This document shows, piece by piece, positions 39,813 through 50,167 of a DNA stretch of 64,000 bases. How positions within the stretch are numbered: position 1 is the first letter of the stretch; every line of letters begins with the position of its first letter. Origin of the DNA: an uncultured Methanoregulaceae archaeon (GTDB lineage: Archaea; Halobacteriota; Methanomicrobia; Methanomicrobiales; Methanospirillaceae); contig OY970061.1 of assembly GCA_963705255.1 (NCBI GenBank), forward strand, positions 2,176,001 through 2,240,000. The letters are read 5' to 3'. Made by a program: the position numbers and the translations under genes. The notes below the pieces were generated by a model. The model had not been told where the DNA came from and searched no databases. It saw only the letters and a program-made list of their open reading frames with translations.

Positions 39813-40967
39813 CTATATCACCATGGAGTTGTCCTGAATACTGCGGGACACGATACAACTTCGCCCTTCGATAGTGACACTGTTCCCGATTATGGAATTT
39901 TTAAAGGTCGTGAAAGGTCCGCTGACAACGGTATCCCCAAGGACCGCCCCGAATTCCGACCTGGTTACCTGCCCCTCAATTTCCATGAGTCCAACGCCGG
40001 TCGATGTGGAAGTATGATCCGCAAGCGCACACCGCTCTCCAATGACGGTGTCGATGATCCGGGAATGTGAACCGATGGTGGTATCGTCCATGATCACGGA
40101 ATTGCCGATACTGATAAACGGCTCGAGGGTAACCCGGGAGCCGATACTGGTATTGGGCATTATACAGGAGTTCGGGCCGATAGTGCAGTCATTCCCGATA
40201 ACAACCGGCCCGGTTATAACGGTGTTGGGCCCGATTGTCGTGCCCTTCCCGATACTGACCGTTCCCTGGATGATGGTCTGCCTGCTTGCCGTTCCTTCAC
40301 GTGCGGCAGGAATGTGGCAGAGGAGGCGCCGGTTCATCTTGAGAAGATCCCAGGAGAAGATTGCATCCTGCCAGTCATCTGCAGGGATTCCCTGCAGATG
40401 GATGCCATTTTCGATCATGGAGGATATGGCGTCGGTCAGATCATTTCCCTGAATATAGGAGAACACCTCTTTTTTCAGGCAATAAATGCCGGTGCTGACC
40501 ATGAAGCTCGGGGCATGTTCGGGTTTCTCGATAATCTGGGTCACCCGCCCCTCATGGAGCATAACCACGCCGAAGTTTGACGGGTTCGGATGTTCTTTTA
40601 CCAGCATCGAATCCGGGATATCCCTGATGCGTGCAATCGAGTTGGGGTCGATATAATTGTCCCCGGGAAGGAGAAGAAAATCTCCATGAATTTTTGATTC
40701 TGCGCATAAAAGGGCGTTTGCCGTCCCTAATTGTTTATCCTGGACGATTACATCGACCGATACGTCCAGCTGGTTTAAAAAACGGGTTACCTGTTCTTTG
40801 CGGTATCCTACGACAACAATAATCTCCCGGATCCCGTTTTTTACCAATGCGTCGATTACATATTCGATGATCGGGTGGTTGGCAACCGGGATCATCGCCT
40901 TGGGCCTTCCTCTCGTCAGGGGGCGAACCCGCTTCCCTTCACCTGCTGCTAAAATCACTGCCTGCAT
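39813..40967 (-). CDS. GlmU-like sugar-1-phosphate nucleotidyltransferase/acetyltransferase
   Basis: LAAGEGKRVRPLT..PK, QLGTA, EKP and an LbH tail. Confidence 0.88.
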   Translation of the reverse strand: MQAVILAAGEGKRVRPLTRGRPKAMIPVANHPIIEYVIDALVKNGIREIIVVVGYRKEQVTRFLNQLDVSVDVIVQDKQLGTANALLCAESKIHGDFLLLPGDNYIDPNSIARIRDIPDSMLVKEHPNPSNFGVVMLHEGRVTQIIEKPEHAPSFMVSTGIYCLKKEVFSYIQGNDLTDAISSMIENGIHLQGIPADDWQDAIFSWDLLKMNRRLLCHIPAAREGTASRQTIIQGTVSIGKGTTIGPNTVITGPVVIGNDCTIGPNSCIMPNTSIGSRVTLEPFISIGNSVIMDDTTIGSHSRIIDTVIGERCALADHTSTSTGVGLMEIEGQVTRSEFGAVLGDTVVSGPFTTFKNSIIGNSVTIEGRSCIVSRSIQDNSMVI

Positions 40968-40975
40968 CTGAGTAC

Positions 40976-42175
40976 CTACCGGATTATCGCTTTATCACCG
41001 ATACAACCTTCGATAAATGAATTCGGCGCAAACTGTGCGTTACTCCCGATCATCGATCCAACATTGATCGAGCAGTTGATCCCGAACCGGACATCGTCCC
41101 CGATAACCGCGCCGAATTTTTTCCTTCGTGTGTCGTTCCCACAGACTCTGATGTTCCCATGGTCGTGGCGGAGGTTTGCAATCTTGGTCCCGGCACCAAA
41201 GTTGCAGCCGGCACCTATGATGGAATCCCCAACATAATTGAAATGCGGGATCTTTGTTCCGCTCATGATGACGGAATTCTTGATCTCGGAACAGTGACCG
41301 ATATGGCATTCATCCCCGACACTCGTTGTGCCGCGGATATAGGCATGAGGACCGATGCGACAGTTCCTCCCGATGATGCAGGGACCTTCGATATATGTCC
41401 CGGATTTGATGATACTGCCCTCTCCGATCATGACGGGTCCCCGGAGAGATACACCCTCTTCAACGGTTCCTGAGTTTCCTGGCCTGAGATCATCCATCAG
41501 AGTGGCATTCGCGTCAAGCATGTCCCACGGGTGACCGACATCCATCCAGTAGGACAGGTGGTACGAGTGCAGTTTCCGTTCTGCGACCAGCACATCGAGT
41601 GCATCCGTCAGTTCAAGTTCGCCCCGGGGAGAGGGACGCACCTTGCTGATGAGATCGAAAATATCGGGTGAAAAATGATATGCACCGGCATTGATCAGGT
41701 TGGATTTCGGTTGTTTTGATTTTTCTTCCAGCGAAATGACGAACCCGTTCTCCACCAGAACAACCCCATAATCCCCGGGATGGTCGGTTGTACTGATGCT
41801 CATGCAGGGCGACTCGGCACTGCAGAGGTTTGCAATATCCGGTGACCTGACGACCATATCCCCGTTCAGGACAAGAAACGGGCCCGTGACAAGATCCTGT
41901 GCTGCCCGGACGGCATCCGCTGTTCCGTACTGGTGGCGCTGCGGGGCGTATTCGATATGAATTCCCCACCCGGCACCGTCACCAAAATGCCTGCGGATCT
42001 CCCGCTCCCCATACCCCACGATAAAGATAAAATCCGTGATGCCGGCGTCGCGTGCCGCGAGAACGAGATGCTCCATCATGGGGCGGTTGGCGAGGGGGAG
42101 CATCACTTTCGGGCGTTTCGCGGTGAGAGGGCGCATCCGCTTTCCCTCTCCTGCGGCGAGAACGACGCATTCCAT
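40976..42175 (-). CDS. glmU: Bifunctional GlmU-type nucleotidyltransferase/acetyltransferase
   Basis: LAAGEGKRMRPLT, RGELELTD, HFNYVGDS and ANLRHD. Confidence 0.85.
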   Translation of the reverse strand: MECVVLAAGEGKRMRPLTAKRPKVMLPLANRPMMEHLVLAARDAGITDFIFIVGYGEREIRRHFGDGAGWGIHIEYAPQRHQYGTADAVRAAQDLVTGPFLVLNGDMVVRSPDIANLCSAESPCMSISTTDHPGDYGVVLVENGFVISLEEKSKQPKSNLINAGAYHFSPDIFDLISKVRPSPRGELELTDALDVLVAERKLHSYHLSYWMDVGHPWDMLDANATLMDDLRPGNSGTVEEGVSLRGPVMIGEGSIIKSGTYIEGPCIIGRNCRIGPHAYIRGTTSVGDECHIGHCSEIKNSVIMSGTKIPHFNYVGDSIIGAGCNFGAGTKIANLRHDHGNIRVCGNDTRRKKFGAVIGDDVRFGINCSINVGSMIGSNAQFAPNSFIEGCIGDKAIIR

Positions 42176-42198
42176 ACGTAAATCTCTTCCTGCAACGT

Positions 42199-43450
42199 TT
42201 AAGCAGTTTTCCCCTGCCGGATCCGTTCTTTGCCCTTTGCAAGCATCGCCTTTGCTTTCCGGAGAGTTTTCCCTTCTGCGGTTATGCGTATCTTGGGTTC
42301 TGTGCCACTCGCACGGATCAGGTACCAGCCATCGTCATCAGCAACACGCACCCCTTCGGTCGGGCTCGCCGCACCGAGAGCAGAGACTGTTTCCCGGGCA
42401 TGTTCGTCCGGGAACGATTCCCGGAGGACAGGGTAAGACGGCATGCTGTCGATCTCCTGTGCGGTGTCCCACGCGGAGGCGATCTCGCAGAAGAGTGCTG
42501 CTGCGTACGGGCCATCCGGGCAATAGGAGATATGCGGGAAGATCCACGCCCCGGAAGGTTCACCGCCGAAATCTCCCCATTCCAGAAGTTTTTCCGAAAC
42601 GTACGTATCCCCCACCGGGGTTCGCTGTACATCTGCGACCTCATCAATGATCATCGAAGCGTCACTTGTCGTGACCACCTGTCGTGCACCGAGATACCGG
42701 GTGAAGAGCATGAGGAGGTGGTCACCATCGATATACCTGCCTTTGTTGTCAAATGCCATCATCCGGTCAGCATCGCCGTCATGGACCACGGCACAGCTGG
42801 CTCTGGTGTTCTTGATCATCTTTCCTATATACCCGAGATGTTCTTTCAGGGGCTCGGATGGCCGGGCAAAATAGCCGGATGGGTTGCAGTTGATACAGAC
42901 CGGTTTTGCCCCGGCTTCCGTCAGGAGTGCGGGTGTCAGATTGCAGCCGGCGCCATTGCCGCAGTCCACGATTACCTCGATCTCGCGGGTGAGATGCACG
43001 TTATTTAGTATTGCATTTTTATGGAGGGTGAGGGGGTCGGTCTTTACCTCGACTCCTTGGTGCTGCCAGTCAGTCCAGTACCTGGGTCTTCAGCATCTCC
43101 TCCATCTCCAGCTGCTGGGGCCGGGTGAAGGATGAACCGTCCGGGTTGAAGAGTTTCAGCCCGTTGTAGTCTTCAGGGTTGTGGGAAGCGGTCACCATGC
43201 AGCCTGCCTGGACGATGCGTGTACCGAATGCAAGGGTGGGTGTCGGTACGACGCCGGCCAGATACGCGGTCCCCCCGCTTCCCAGGATCCCTGATACAAC
43301 GAGGTGCGCGAGCAGGGGACTCGTGGTGCGCGTATCCATGCCAACAAGAATATCAGAGGACTTCGAAGCGAGGGCAGACCCGACTTTCAGCGCAGTATCG
43401 GCAAGGGTCTGATCAAATTTCCTTCGTATCCCCGATGACCCGAAAAGCAT
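42199..43450 (-). CDS. glmM: Phosphoglucosamine mutase / alpha-D-phosphohexomutase (frameshift near 43075)
   Basis: FGSSGIR, TASHNP, DGDADR, GEPSG and RASGTEP. Confidence 0.8.
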
Positions 43451-43532
43451 GATGATGTATTGGGCGGCAATAAAAAAGATTTTACCTCTCCTTTTGAGGA
43501 ACCGTGCACCTGCCTTGACCGTTCCGGCAGGA

Positions 43533-44141
43533 TTAACCGGTCCCGTACGGACACCAGTGTTCGATCTCATGAAGCCGGGCGTTCCCCGCAGTTGAGGGAC
43601 CTAAGCAGAGAATCCGTTTCGTTCTTGTATGGGCCTCTATGAGATCGCCGGTATCTTTGGCAATAATGCCCTCGCCATTGATGAGAATGACATCGGCTTC
43701 TGAAATTTCCGTGCTGAAAGAACTTCCCAGCTCGCGCTCGATGGAAGCCATGGTGCCGATGCAGGATACCCTTTTGCCGGAAATTTCGTTCTTAAGTTCC
43801 TGAAGACAGGGTGCATGGGAGGTTTTCGGGCAGGAATGAAGTACCCGGGAAAGACAGAAGAAACCCGCAGCAACATTGATGATCGCACCTGCGGCGCTTC
43901 TCACTGCCGGAGTTTCCAGGGGGGCACCGAACATAAATGAGATCTTTGTCAATGCCCTGACCGGGTCGTGGGTTACGAAAACTGCGCTCTTCCCCCCGAA
44001 GGAAGCAGTCATGCACGCGCCCTGTTCGAACTGGCAGGTGACAACATCCGGGTCGACATCAAGAAGGACTCCTGCATCCTCGCACCCGCTGTGCCTGAGA
44101 ATGGTCTCGAGCTTGTTGACCGATTCCCTGATTATATCCAT
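43533..44141 (-). CDS. Hypothetical protein (DUF364-like Rossmann pattern)
   Basis: RSAAGAIIN, ADVILING and LGPST. Confidence 0.6.
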   Translation of the reverse strand: MDIIRESVNKLETILRHSGCEDAGVLLDVDPDVVTCQFEQGACMTASFGGKSAVFVTHDPVRALTKISFMFGAPLETPAVRSAAGAIINVAAGFFCLSRVLHSCPKTSHAPCLQELKNEISGKRVSCIGTMASIERELGSSFSTEISEADVILINGEGIIAKDTGDLIEAHTRTKRILCLGPSTAGNARLHEIEHWCPYGTG

Positions 44142-44754
44142 GGGTCACCTCCGTTTTTGCTGATAAGGATAACCCTCGCGGGAGAGCCGTCCAGACCGGA
44201 CAGCCGGAGGGGGAGTGCCACCATCTCATAATCTCCTTCAGGCACCCCCGAGAGGTCGAGCAGTTCGATGATGATGCACCCGTGACTGAGAAGTTCGCGA
44301 TGAACTGCCCCATCACAGACAAATGCTTCGATCGAGAAAGAATCGATGCCGACACACTGAATCCCCTGGCTCGTGATATATTTCGCTGCCTCAAGGGTGA
44401 GGGACGGGTAGTCCTCCCTGAATCCGGCCGATTCGGAAGAGGAGGTCCTGAGTAAGATGCGGGATGCCCCGGCTGTTCGTCCTTTGATAGCCGATGCCCC
44501 GATCTCCCGGCGGTCCGGGAAAGATCCAGAACACGACAGCTCCCGATGAGGTGTGAAAGGGGAATCGTATCGATCGTGTCTCCGGATTTGAGGTAGTGCA
44601 CCGGTGCATCGATGTGCGTTCCGGAATGGCTGTTCATATGCAGGTCGGAGATAAGGTACAGCCCCCGCTCTTCCTGCACGAAACGGGGTGGCGTATCGCC
44701 GGGATAGACCACGGTACTCCCGGATAAGGGGCGGGTTATATCGATTATCTTCAT
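44132..44754 (-). CDS. Cyclase / kynurenine formamidase family (frameshift near 44510)
   Basis: HSGTHIDAPVH in one ORF. VGIDS, HRELL and LPL..LDGSPAR in the second. Confidence 0.88.
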
Positions 44755-45407
44755 GAGTTCTCCGCCCAGCCGTGTTCACCGATGAGCGGGACGAAACGGA
44801 CGCCCCCATGGCCTGACTTCAGGATCTCCTTCCCGTGTCTCGTGAGCGTGACCAGTTCCTGGAGATCTCTCTCCCCGACCGGTGCTACCAGTCTCCCGCC
44901 TTCGGCAAGCTGGTCGATGAGTGGACGGGGTACTGAGGGAGTGGCTGCGGTTATGATGATCCCGTTGTAAGGAGCATTTTCCGGAAACCCGAGGGTTCCA
45001 TCCCCCACGACGATTCTGACATTGGTCAGGCCGAGTGCGGCAAGGTTTTTTCGCGCAAGCTCGGCCACGGACGGGATCCGCTCAATAGTTGTCACCTGGC
45101 GGGCAAGGGATGACAGGATCGCTGCCTGGTACCCGCTCCCGGCTCCGATCTCAAGGACACGGTCATCCGGCCCGAGGCTGAGGAGCTCGGTCATAAGCGC
45201 CACAATGTAGGGCTGCGAGATGGTCTGGCCATCCCCGATCGGGAGCGGGTTGTCGTCGTAGGCCGGCTCGTCGTAGGGAGGGGGGATGAAGAGGTGGCGG
45301 GGGATCTCCCGCATCGCCGCAAGCACCCTGGGGTCGGTTACCCCCCGTGCCCTGATCTGGCGCTCCACCATTCTGGAACGTTCTTCGGCCCGGGGATAAG
45401 TCTGCAT
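44751..45407 (-). CDS. pcm: Protein-L-isoaspartate O-methyltransferase
   Basis: PRHLF, QTISQP, LEIGAGSGY and VRFVPL. Confidence 0.96.
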   Translation of the reverse strand: MQTYPRAEERSRMVERQIRARGVTDPRVLAAMREIPRHLFIPPPYDEPAYDDNPLPIGDGQTISQPYIVALMTELLSLGPDDRVLEIGAGSGYQAAILSSLARQVTTIERIPSVAELARKNLAALGLTNVRIVVGDGTLGFPENAPYNGIIITAATPSVPRPLIDQLAEGGRLVAPVGERDLQELVTLTRHGKEILKSGHGGVRFVPLIGEHGWAENS

Positions 45408-45421
45408 AATGACTCAGTTTT

Positions 45422-46537
45422 TTAGAATCCTGCTTTCTCTGCAACATCAATGGACGCGTCGATCTGTTTCTGCAGCGCCTCGGGAAGTCCGGAGATCTTG
45501 ACATCAAGGAACCCCCGGATAATTGTCGCGGTCGCCTCATCCTCGTCAAGCCCCCGCGACATAAGATACTCTATCTCTTCTTGGGCGAGTTTGCCTACTG
45601 CCGCCTCGTGGGAGAGCTCGGTACCGACGACAGACCCCTCGATCTCCGGGATCGCGTAGATGACCCCGTCCCTGAGGATGAGGCCTTTGCACTCGAGATG
45701 TCCCCGGGTACCGGCGGTCTTCCCGTTGATGTGCCCGCGGGAGATGATGGTGCCGCCTTTTGTGATGGCGCGGGTTATCAGCTCGGCACTCGCGCCTGTC
45801 CCTTCAAGGATCGCCCGGGAACCGAGATCCATCGTTGACCCGGGAGTCGCGATGACAACACTGCTGAACCGGGCAACCCAGTTCTCTCCCTTCAGGTTCG
45901 CGGTCGGGTACATCTGGACTTTTTTCACCGGCTGCATGCAGACATAGTTGGAGAGGAATACCCCGTTCTCTTCGACAATGGAAGCACTTCTCGGGTACAC
46001 TTCAACATTCTCGCTCCAGTTATGGATCATGGTGAAGCTGATCTTTGCGTTCTTTTTCACGTAGAATTCGGAGATACCGTAATGTGCCCCGCCGTTCCCG
46101 ACGTGGGCGCCGCTCGCGCATCCTGAAATGATGTGGAGCTCCGCCCCTTCTTCGGCAATGATGATGTTGTGGACATGCTGGATCTGCTCACGCCCGAGAT
46201 AGAGGCATGCCTGTATAGGGAGGACATTGTTCGATCCTTTATGGGCGATGATGACGTAGCCCTTGGGGTCTTTCTGTGCAGCGACATATTTGGTGACCTC
46301 GTCTTTTTCTGCGGAGACGACCTTCCAGGCATACTCCTTCAGCCAGTCATATTTTTCCATCCCCCGTTTGTAGGAGAGGACTTCGATGCCTTCCTCCGCA
46401 CATTCGGCGTGTACTATGTTCTGGTCCATCTGGATGTACGTACCGCACCGGTTTTTCATCTCGAAGTCGATGCCGGCCTGGGCCATCCTCTCCTTTTCAG
46501 ATTGTGAGATTTCCGTAACGTTCACGGGTTGCGACAT
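45422..46537 (-). CDS. sufB: SufB/D-family Fe-S scaffold (SmsB-type)
   Basis: GHLECKGL, AIPE, LSHEAAVGK and YLMSRG. Confidence 0.88.
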   Translation of the reverse strand: MSQPVNVTEISQSEKERMAQAGIDFEMKNRCGTYIQMDQNIVHAECAEEGIEVLSYKRGMEKYDWLKEYAWKVVSAEKDEVTKYVAAQKDPKGYVIIAHKGSNNVLPIQACLYLGREQIQHVHNIIIAEEGAELHIISGCASGAHVGNGGAHYGISEFYVKKNAKISFTMIHNWSENVEVYPRSASIVEENGVFLSNYVCMQPVKKVQMYPTANLKGENWVARFSSVVIATPGSTMDLGSRAILEGTGASAELITRAITKGGTIISRGHINGKTAGTRGHLECKGLILRDGVIYAIPEIEGSVVGTELSHEAAVGKLAQEEIEYLMSRGLDEDEATATIIRGFLDVKISGLPEALQKQIDASIDVAEKAGF

Positions 46538-47253
46538 TCGAGACACTCCTTGTAGCCGCGCTGTTTGATGTCCTTCATGATCTCCCGGGGGTTCCCGTGG
46601 CAGCGGATCTGCCCGTCACACATCACGTGACCCCGGTCAGTCTCGAGGTAGTCGAGGATGTAGCCTGTATGCGTGATGACCAGCCCGCTCTTCTGGCGCT
46701 TGACGATATGTTTCTCTTTTTCAAGGAGAGAGCCGATCGCGTGGCCGATAAGAGAGATATTTTCGATATCAACACCGCTTTCCGGCTCATCGAGCATGAT
46801 GAAGTCCGGGTTCTGGATCATCAGCTGGAGCACCTCGCTGCGCTTGATCTCCCCGCCGGAGAAACCCTTGTTGATGTCCCGCTCCAGGAATTTGTCCATA
46901 TGGAGTGACTTGGCCAGTTCCACCAAGTCTTCATTTTTGGTTTTGGATATGGCAGTGAGGAGTTTTCCCAGTTTCAGGCCCGATATGGTCGGAGGACGCT
47001 GGAACAGCATGCCGATACCGCGCTTCGCCCGTTCGTGGGCTTTCATCCTGGTAACATCCTCACCTTTGAAGATAATCTGCCCTTCCGTGATCGTATAGTT
47101 CGAATATCCCATGATCGTCATGAGGAGCGTCGTCTTCCCCGACCCGTTGGGGCCCATCAGAACGTGGGTCTCTCCATCACCGATGTCGAGGTTGATATCG
47201 TGCAACACTTCTTTCTCACCGACCTTTACATGCAGGTCCTCGATATGCAGCAT
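46522..47253 (-). CDS. sufC: SufC-like ABC ATPase (SmsC-type, C-terminal CxxC)
   Basis: GPNGSGKT, GFSGGE, LDEPESG and C-terminal GYKECLEC. Confidence 0.88.
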   Translation of the reverse strand: MLHIEDLHVKVGEKEVLHDINLDIGDGETHVLMGPNGSGKTTLLMTIMGYSNYTITEGQIIFKGEDVTRMKAHERAKRGIGMLFQRPPTISGLKLGKLLTAISKTKNEDLVELAKSLHMDKFLERDINKGFSGGEIKRSEVLQLMIQNPDFIMLDEPESGVDIENISLIGHAIGSLLEKEKHIVKRQKSGLVITHTGYILDYLETDRGHVMCDGQIRCHGNPREIMKDIKQRGYKECLECRNP

Positions 47254-47382
47254 AAGTTAATCGTAGACACTATGTCCATCGCTGCATTAAACGCTTTTCA
47301 CGTGAACACTTTTCGTGCGGCCCTTGCTCAGGGAATTCCGACACCCTTTAACCGATCCTGCATGAAAGTACAACCGGGAACC

Positions 47383-48296
47383 ATGGTCATGAGGCCGGAG
47401 AAAGTTCGGGACAAGGCTGGCAAGGCGAGAGTCAGGAAAGGTACGAAGGATGCCAGAAAAGAGATGCCCGTGGCGGACTCTGCAGTTATCCTGCCTTTCG
47501 TGAACCGGATCATCTGCGGGGATGCCAAAAAAGTCCTTTCCCTGATACCCGACCGGAGCATCGACCTGATTATTACCTCACCCCCGTACAATTTCGGCCA
47601 TTCCTACGCCCAGGATCCCCATGACGACACGCACGAATGGAACGAATATTTTGAAAGACTTCTCTCTGTCTGGAAGGAATGCGAACGGGTCCTCAAGCCC
47701 GGGGGGAGAATTGCCGTCAACATCCAGCCGCTCTTCTCGGACTATGTCCCGACCCACCATATCATCTCCCGCCAGCTAGCGGGTCTCGGGCTGCTCTGGA
47801 AGGCGGAGTTCTTATGGGAAAAGAACAATTACAATGCAAAATTCACGGCGTGGGGGAGCTGGAGATCCCCCTCGATGCCCTACATAAAATACACCTGGGA
47901 GTTCATCGAGGTCTTTGACAAGGAGACCCATAAAAAGGGCGGGAGACGCGAGGATATCGACATCAGCGGCGACGAGTTCAAGGAATGGGTGATGGGCAGG
48001 TGGTCGTTTCCCCCCGAGATCCGGATGAAAGAATATGATCACCCCGCAATGTTTCCCGAAGAGCTCCCCGGCGGCTGATGAAACTATTCTCATACAGGAA
48101 CGACCTTGTCCTCGATCCCTTCAACGGCGTAGGGACGACCACGGCCGTTGCCTGGAAACTCCGGCGGCGGTTTATCGGTATCGACGTGTCACGACAATAT
48201 TCTGAGAGCGCTCTCAGGAGGCTCTCTGCCCTGTCAGCTGGTGAAACCGTGTCGGAAACGTACCCGGAACCGGAACTCTTCGACCTCGGGACATAG
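47383..48296 (+). CDS. Beta-class N4-C/N6-A DNA methyltransferase, orphan (frameshift near 48070)
   Basis: ITSPPY, HPAMFP, then VLDPFNGVGTT and FIGID. Start uncertain. Confidence 0.88.
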
Positions 48297-48319
48297 ACAG
48301 GAAAACCGGTTTTATTGCA

Positions 48320-48590
48320 GAACCTCAGGCGGGTCTCTTCGTTTTCAGATGCATTTCCGTAAACGGTAACCGGTTTGTCCGCCTTCTTCGCTCCCGGATA
48401 TGCCGAGTCATTGACCTGACCTGAGATCGTAACCGTCTCATCCTCAAAAGGGAAGGTCCGGGCCGGAACAACCGGATCCGATCCCGGAAAAACGGGATCG
48501 GAAGGGGGCGATACGCCCTTCCCCCGGGGGAAATCTCCCTCCGGACATCGGGCGAGAGAGGCTCCGGCAGCAATGAACATACCTGCCCGT
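48320..48590 (-). pseudogene. Probable decayed fragment of a secreted protein gene containing GC hairpins
   Basis: Protein-like stretch TFPFEDETVTISGQVNDSAYPGAKKADKPVTVYGNASENE without a convincing full ORF. Family assignment not verified. Confidence 0.35.
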
Positions 48591-48644
48591 ACGATATACC
48601 CGTTTTTCCCACGCACTTTTTCCCGCACGTGTTTTCCTTCCCGG

Positions 48645-49415
48645 TCAGACAATATCGTTGATGTGTTCCAGAGAGTCAATGATAGAATCAGGTCTGACCG
48701 CAGAGCCGGTAACGGCATCTTCGCGGAATTTTCCCGTCCTCACGAGGATCCCCCTCATACCGGCTTTTTGTGCCCCCCCGATATCCGTGAGAATATCGTC
48801 CCCGATCATCGCAACCTGGTCCCTATGGAGTCCCATGTCCTCCCGTGCGAGATCGAAGAATGCCTCTGATGGCTTTCCAACTACGGTCGCCGTCTTCCCC
48901 GTCGCATACTCAAGCGCGGCGACAAACGGTCCTGCCGAGAGCGAAAGCCCGTCGGGGGCCATCCAGTACCGGTCCTTTTCGAGCGCGATCAGCCCAGCTC
49001 CGTCAACTATGTCGCGGAAGACAGAGTTGAGACTCTCATACGTAATTTTATCTCCTGCATCCCCGATGATCACAAAGTCCGGCCTTGTACCAGGATCTGA
49101 GGAGCAGGCATCTTCAAAGTCCCGGTACACGTCCCCGGTCGTGAGGAGCCGGCAGCGCCGCTTTCCGGCACGTTTCATGAACGCGACGGCAGCAAGGGGT
49201 GGCGTAAAGATGGTCTCAACGGGAATTGCAAACCCCATTGATGACAACCGGTCAGCAATCGCCTCCCGGCATTTACGGGTGGTGTTCGAGACAAACCGGA
49301 TCCGGTAGTTGTTCTGCACGAGATATTCTATAGCCTCCCGGCCCCCGTCCACGGGCCGGTCGCCCACGTACAGGACACCGTCAAGGTCGATCAAAAACCC
49401 CCGGAGGTCCTTCAT
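48645..49415 (-). CDS. HAD IIA hydrolase (LHPP/TIGR01458-like)
   Basis: DLDGVLY, SNTT, GKPS, IGDD..TD and TGK. Confidence 0.9.
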   Translation of the reverse strand: MKDLRGFLIDLDGVLYVGDRPVDGGREAIEYLVQNNYRIRFVSNTTRKCREAIADRLSSMGFAIPVETIFTPPLAAVAFMKRAGKRRCRLLTTGDVYRDFEDACSSDPGTRPDFVIIGDAGDKITYESLNSVFRDIVDGAGLIALEKDRYWMAPDGLSLSAGPFVAALEYATGKTATVVGKPSEAFFDLAREDMGLHRDQVAMIGDDILTDIGGAQKAGMRGILVRTGKFREDAVTGSAVRPDSIIDSLEHINDIV

Positions 49416-50071
49416 GCACTCCATCCCCCCGCAAACGCATCGATGAGCCGATGGCAGCGCCGGGCACTATTGGGAAGATAGCGATCGGACTCGCTGAGTA
49501 TCTTCTGTTTCTCCTGGGGGCCGAGATCGTCTGCCCAACGGGTGATGATCGGGAGCGTCACTTCCGGGTGGAACTGGACTCCTACAGCACTGCTGAGCCT
49601 GAACGCCTGGTTTTTCACCGTATCCCCGTACGAGAGGAGCGTTGCTCCCTTCGGGAGATTAAATGTCTCACGGTGCCAGTGAAAGACGGTAAACGGTGCC
49701 GGGAACCGGGGACCCGCGTCCTGCCTGCAGCCATGAACCCGGCACCAGCCCAGCTCTTTTTCCAGCGGATAGACCTTTTCCCCGAAGGCCGAGGCGATCA
49801 TCTGGGCGCCAAGGCAGATCCCGAGGACCGCCCTTTTTTGTGCCACCATCTTCCTGATCACCTGTTTTTCAGCGGTAAAAAAAGGATAATCGCCGGTATC
49901 GTTCACGCTCATCTGTCCCCCGAGAAGGATAAGCCGGGATGGCAGGATGTTCGGAATCTCACTGGTCTCATAGAGCCGTTTTGTCTCAAAAGGGAGGCCC
50001 CGTCCCTGAAGGTATATCCCGATCTCACCGGAGGACTCATGCTCCCCGTGCTGGAAGATGGTGATCATCAC
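49412..50071 (-). CDS. Class I glutamine amidotransferase-like protein
   Basis: LGGQM, GICLGAQ, HWH and QFHPE. Confidence 0.88.
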   Translation of the reverse strand: MMITIFQHGEHESSGEIGIYLQGRGLPFETKRLYETSEIPNILPSRLILLGGQMSVNDTGDYPFFTAEKQVIRKMVAQKRAVLGICLGAQMIASAFGEKVYPLEKELGWCRVHGCRQDAGPRFPAPFTVFHWHRETFNLPKGATLLSYGDTVKNQAFRLSSAVGVQFHPEVTLPIITRWADDLGPQEKQKILSESDRYLPNSARRCHRLIDAFAGGWSA

Positions 50072-50167
50072 CCAACCGGTTGACCTGAATGTACATGAGG
50101 CTTTTCTTTACTTTCACCCCCCGCGGCAGGGGTTTAAACGCCGGAGCAAGGATGTTGTAGTCAGACG

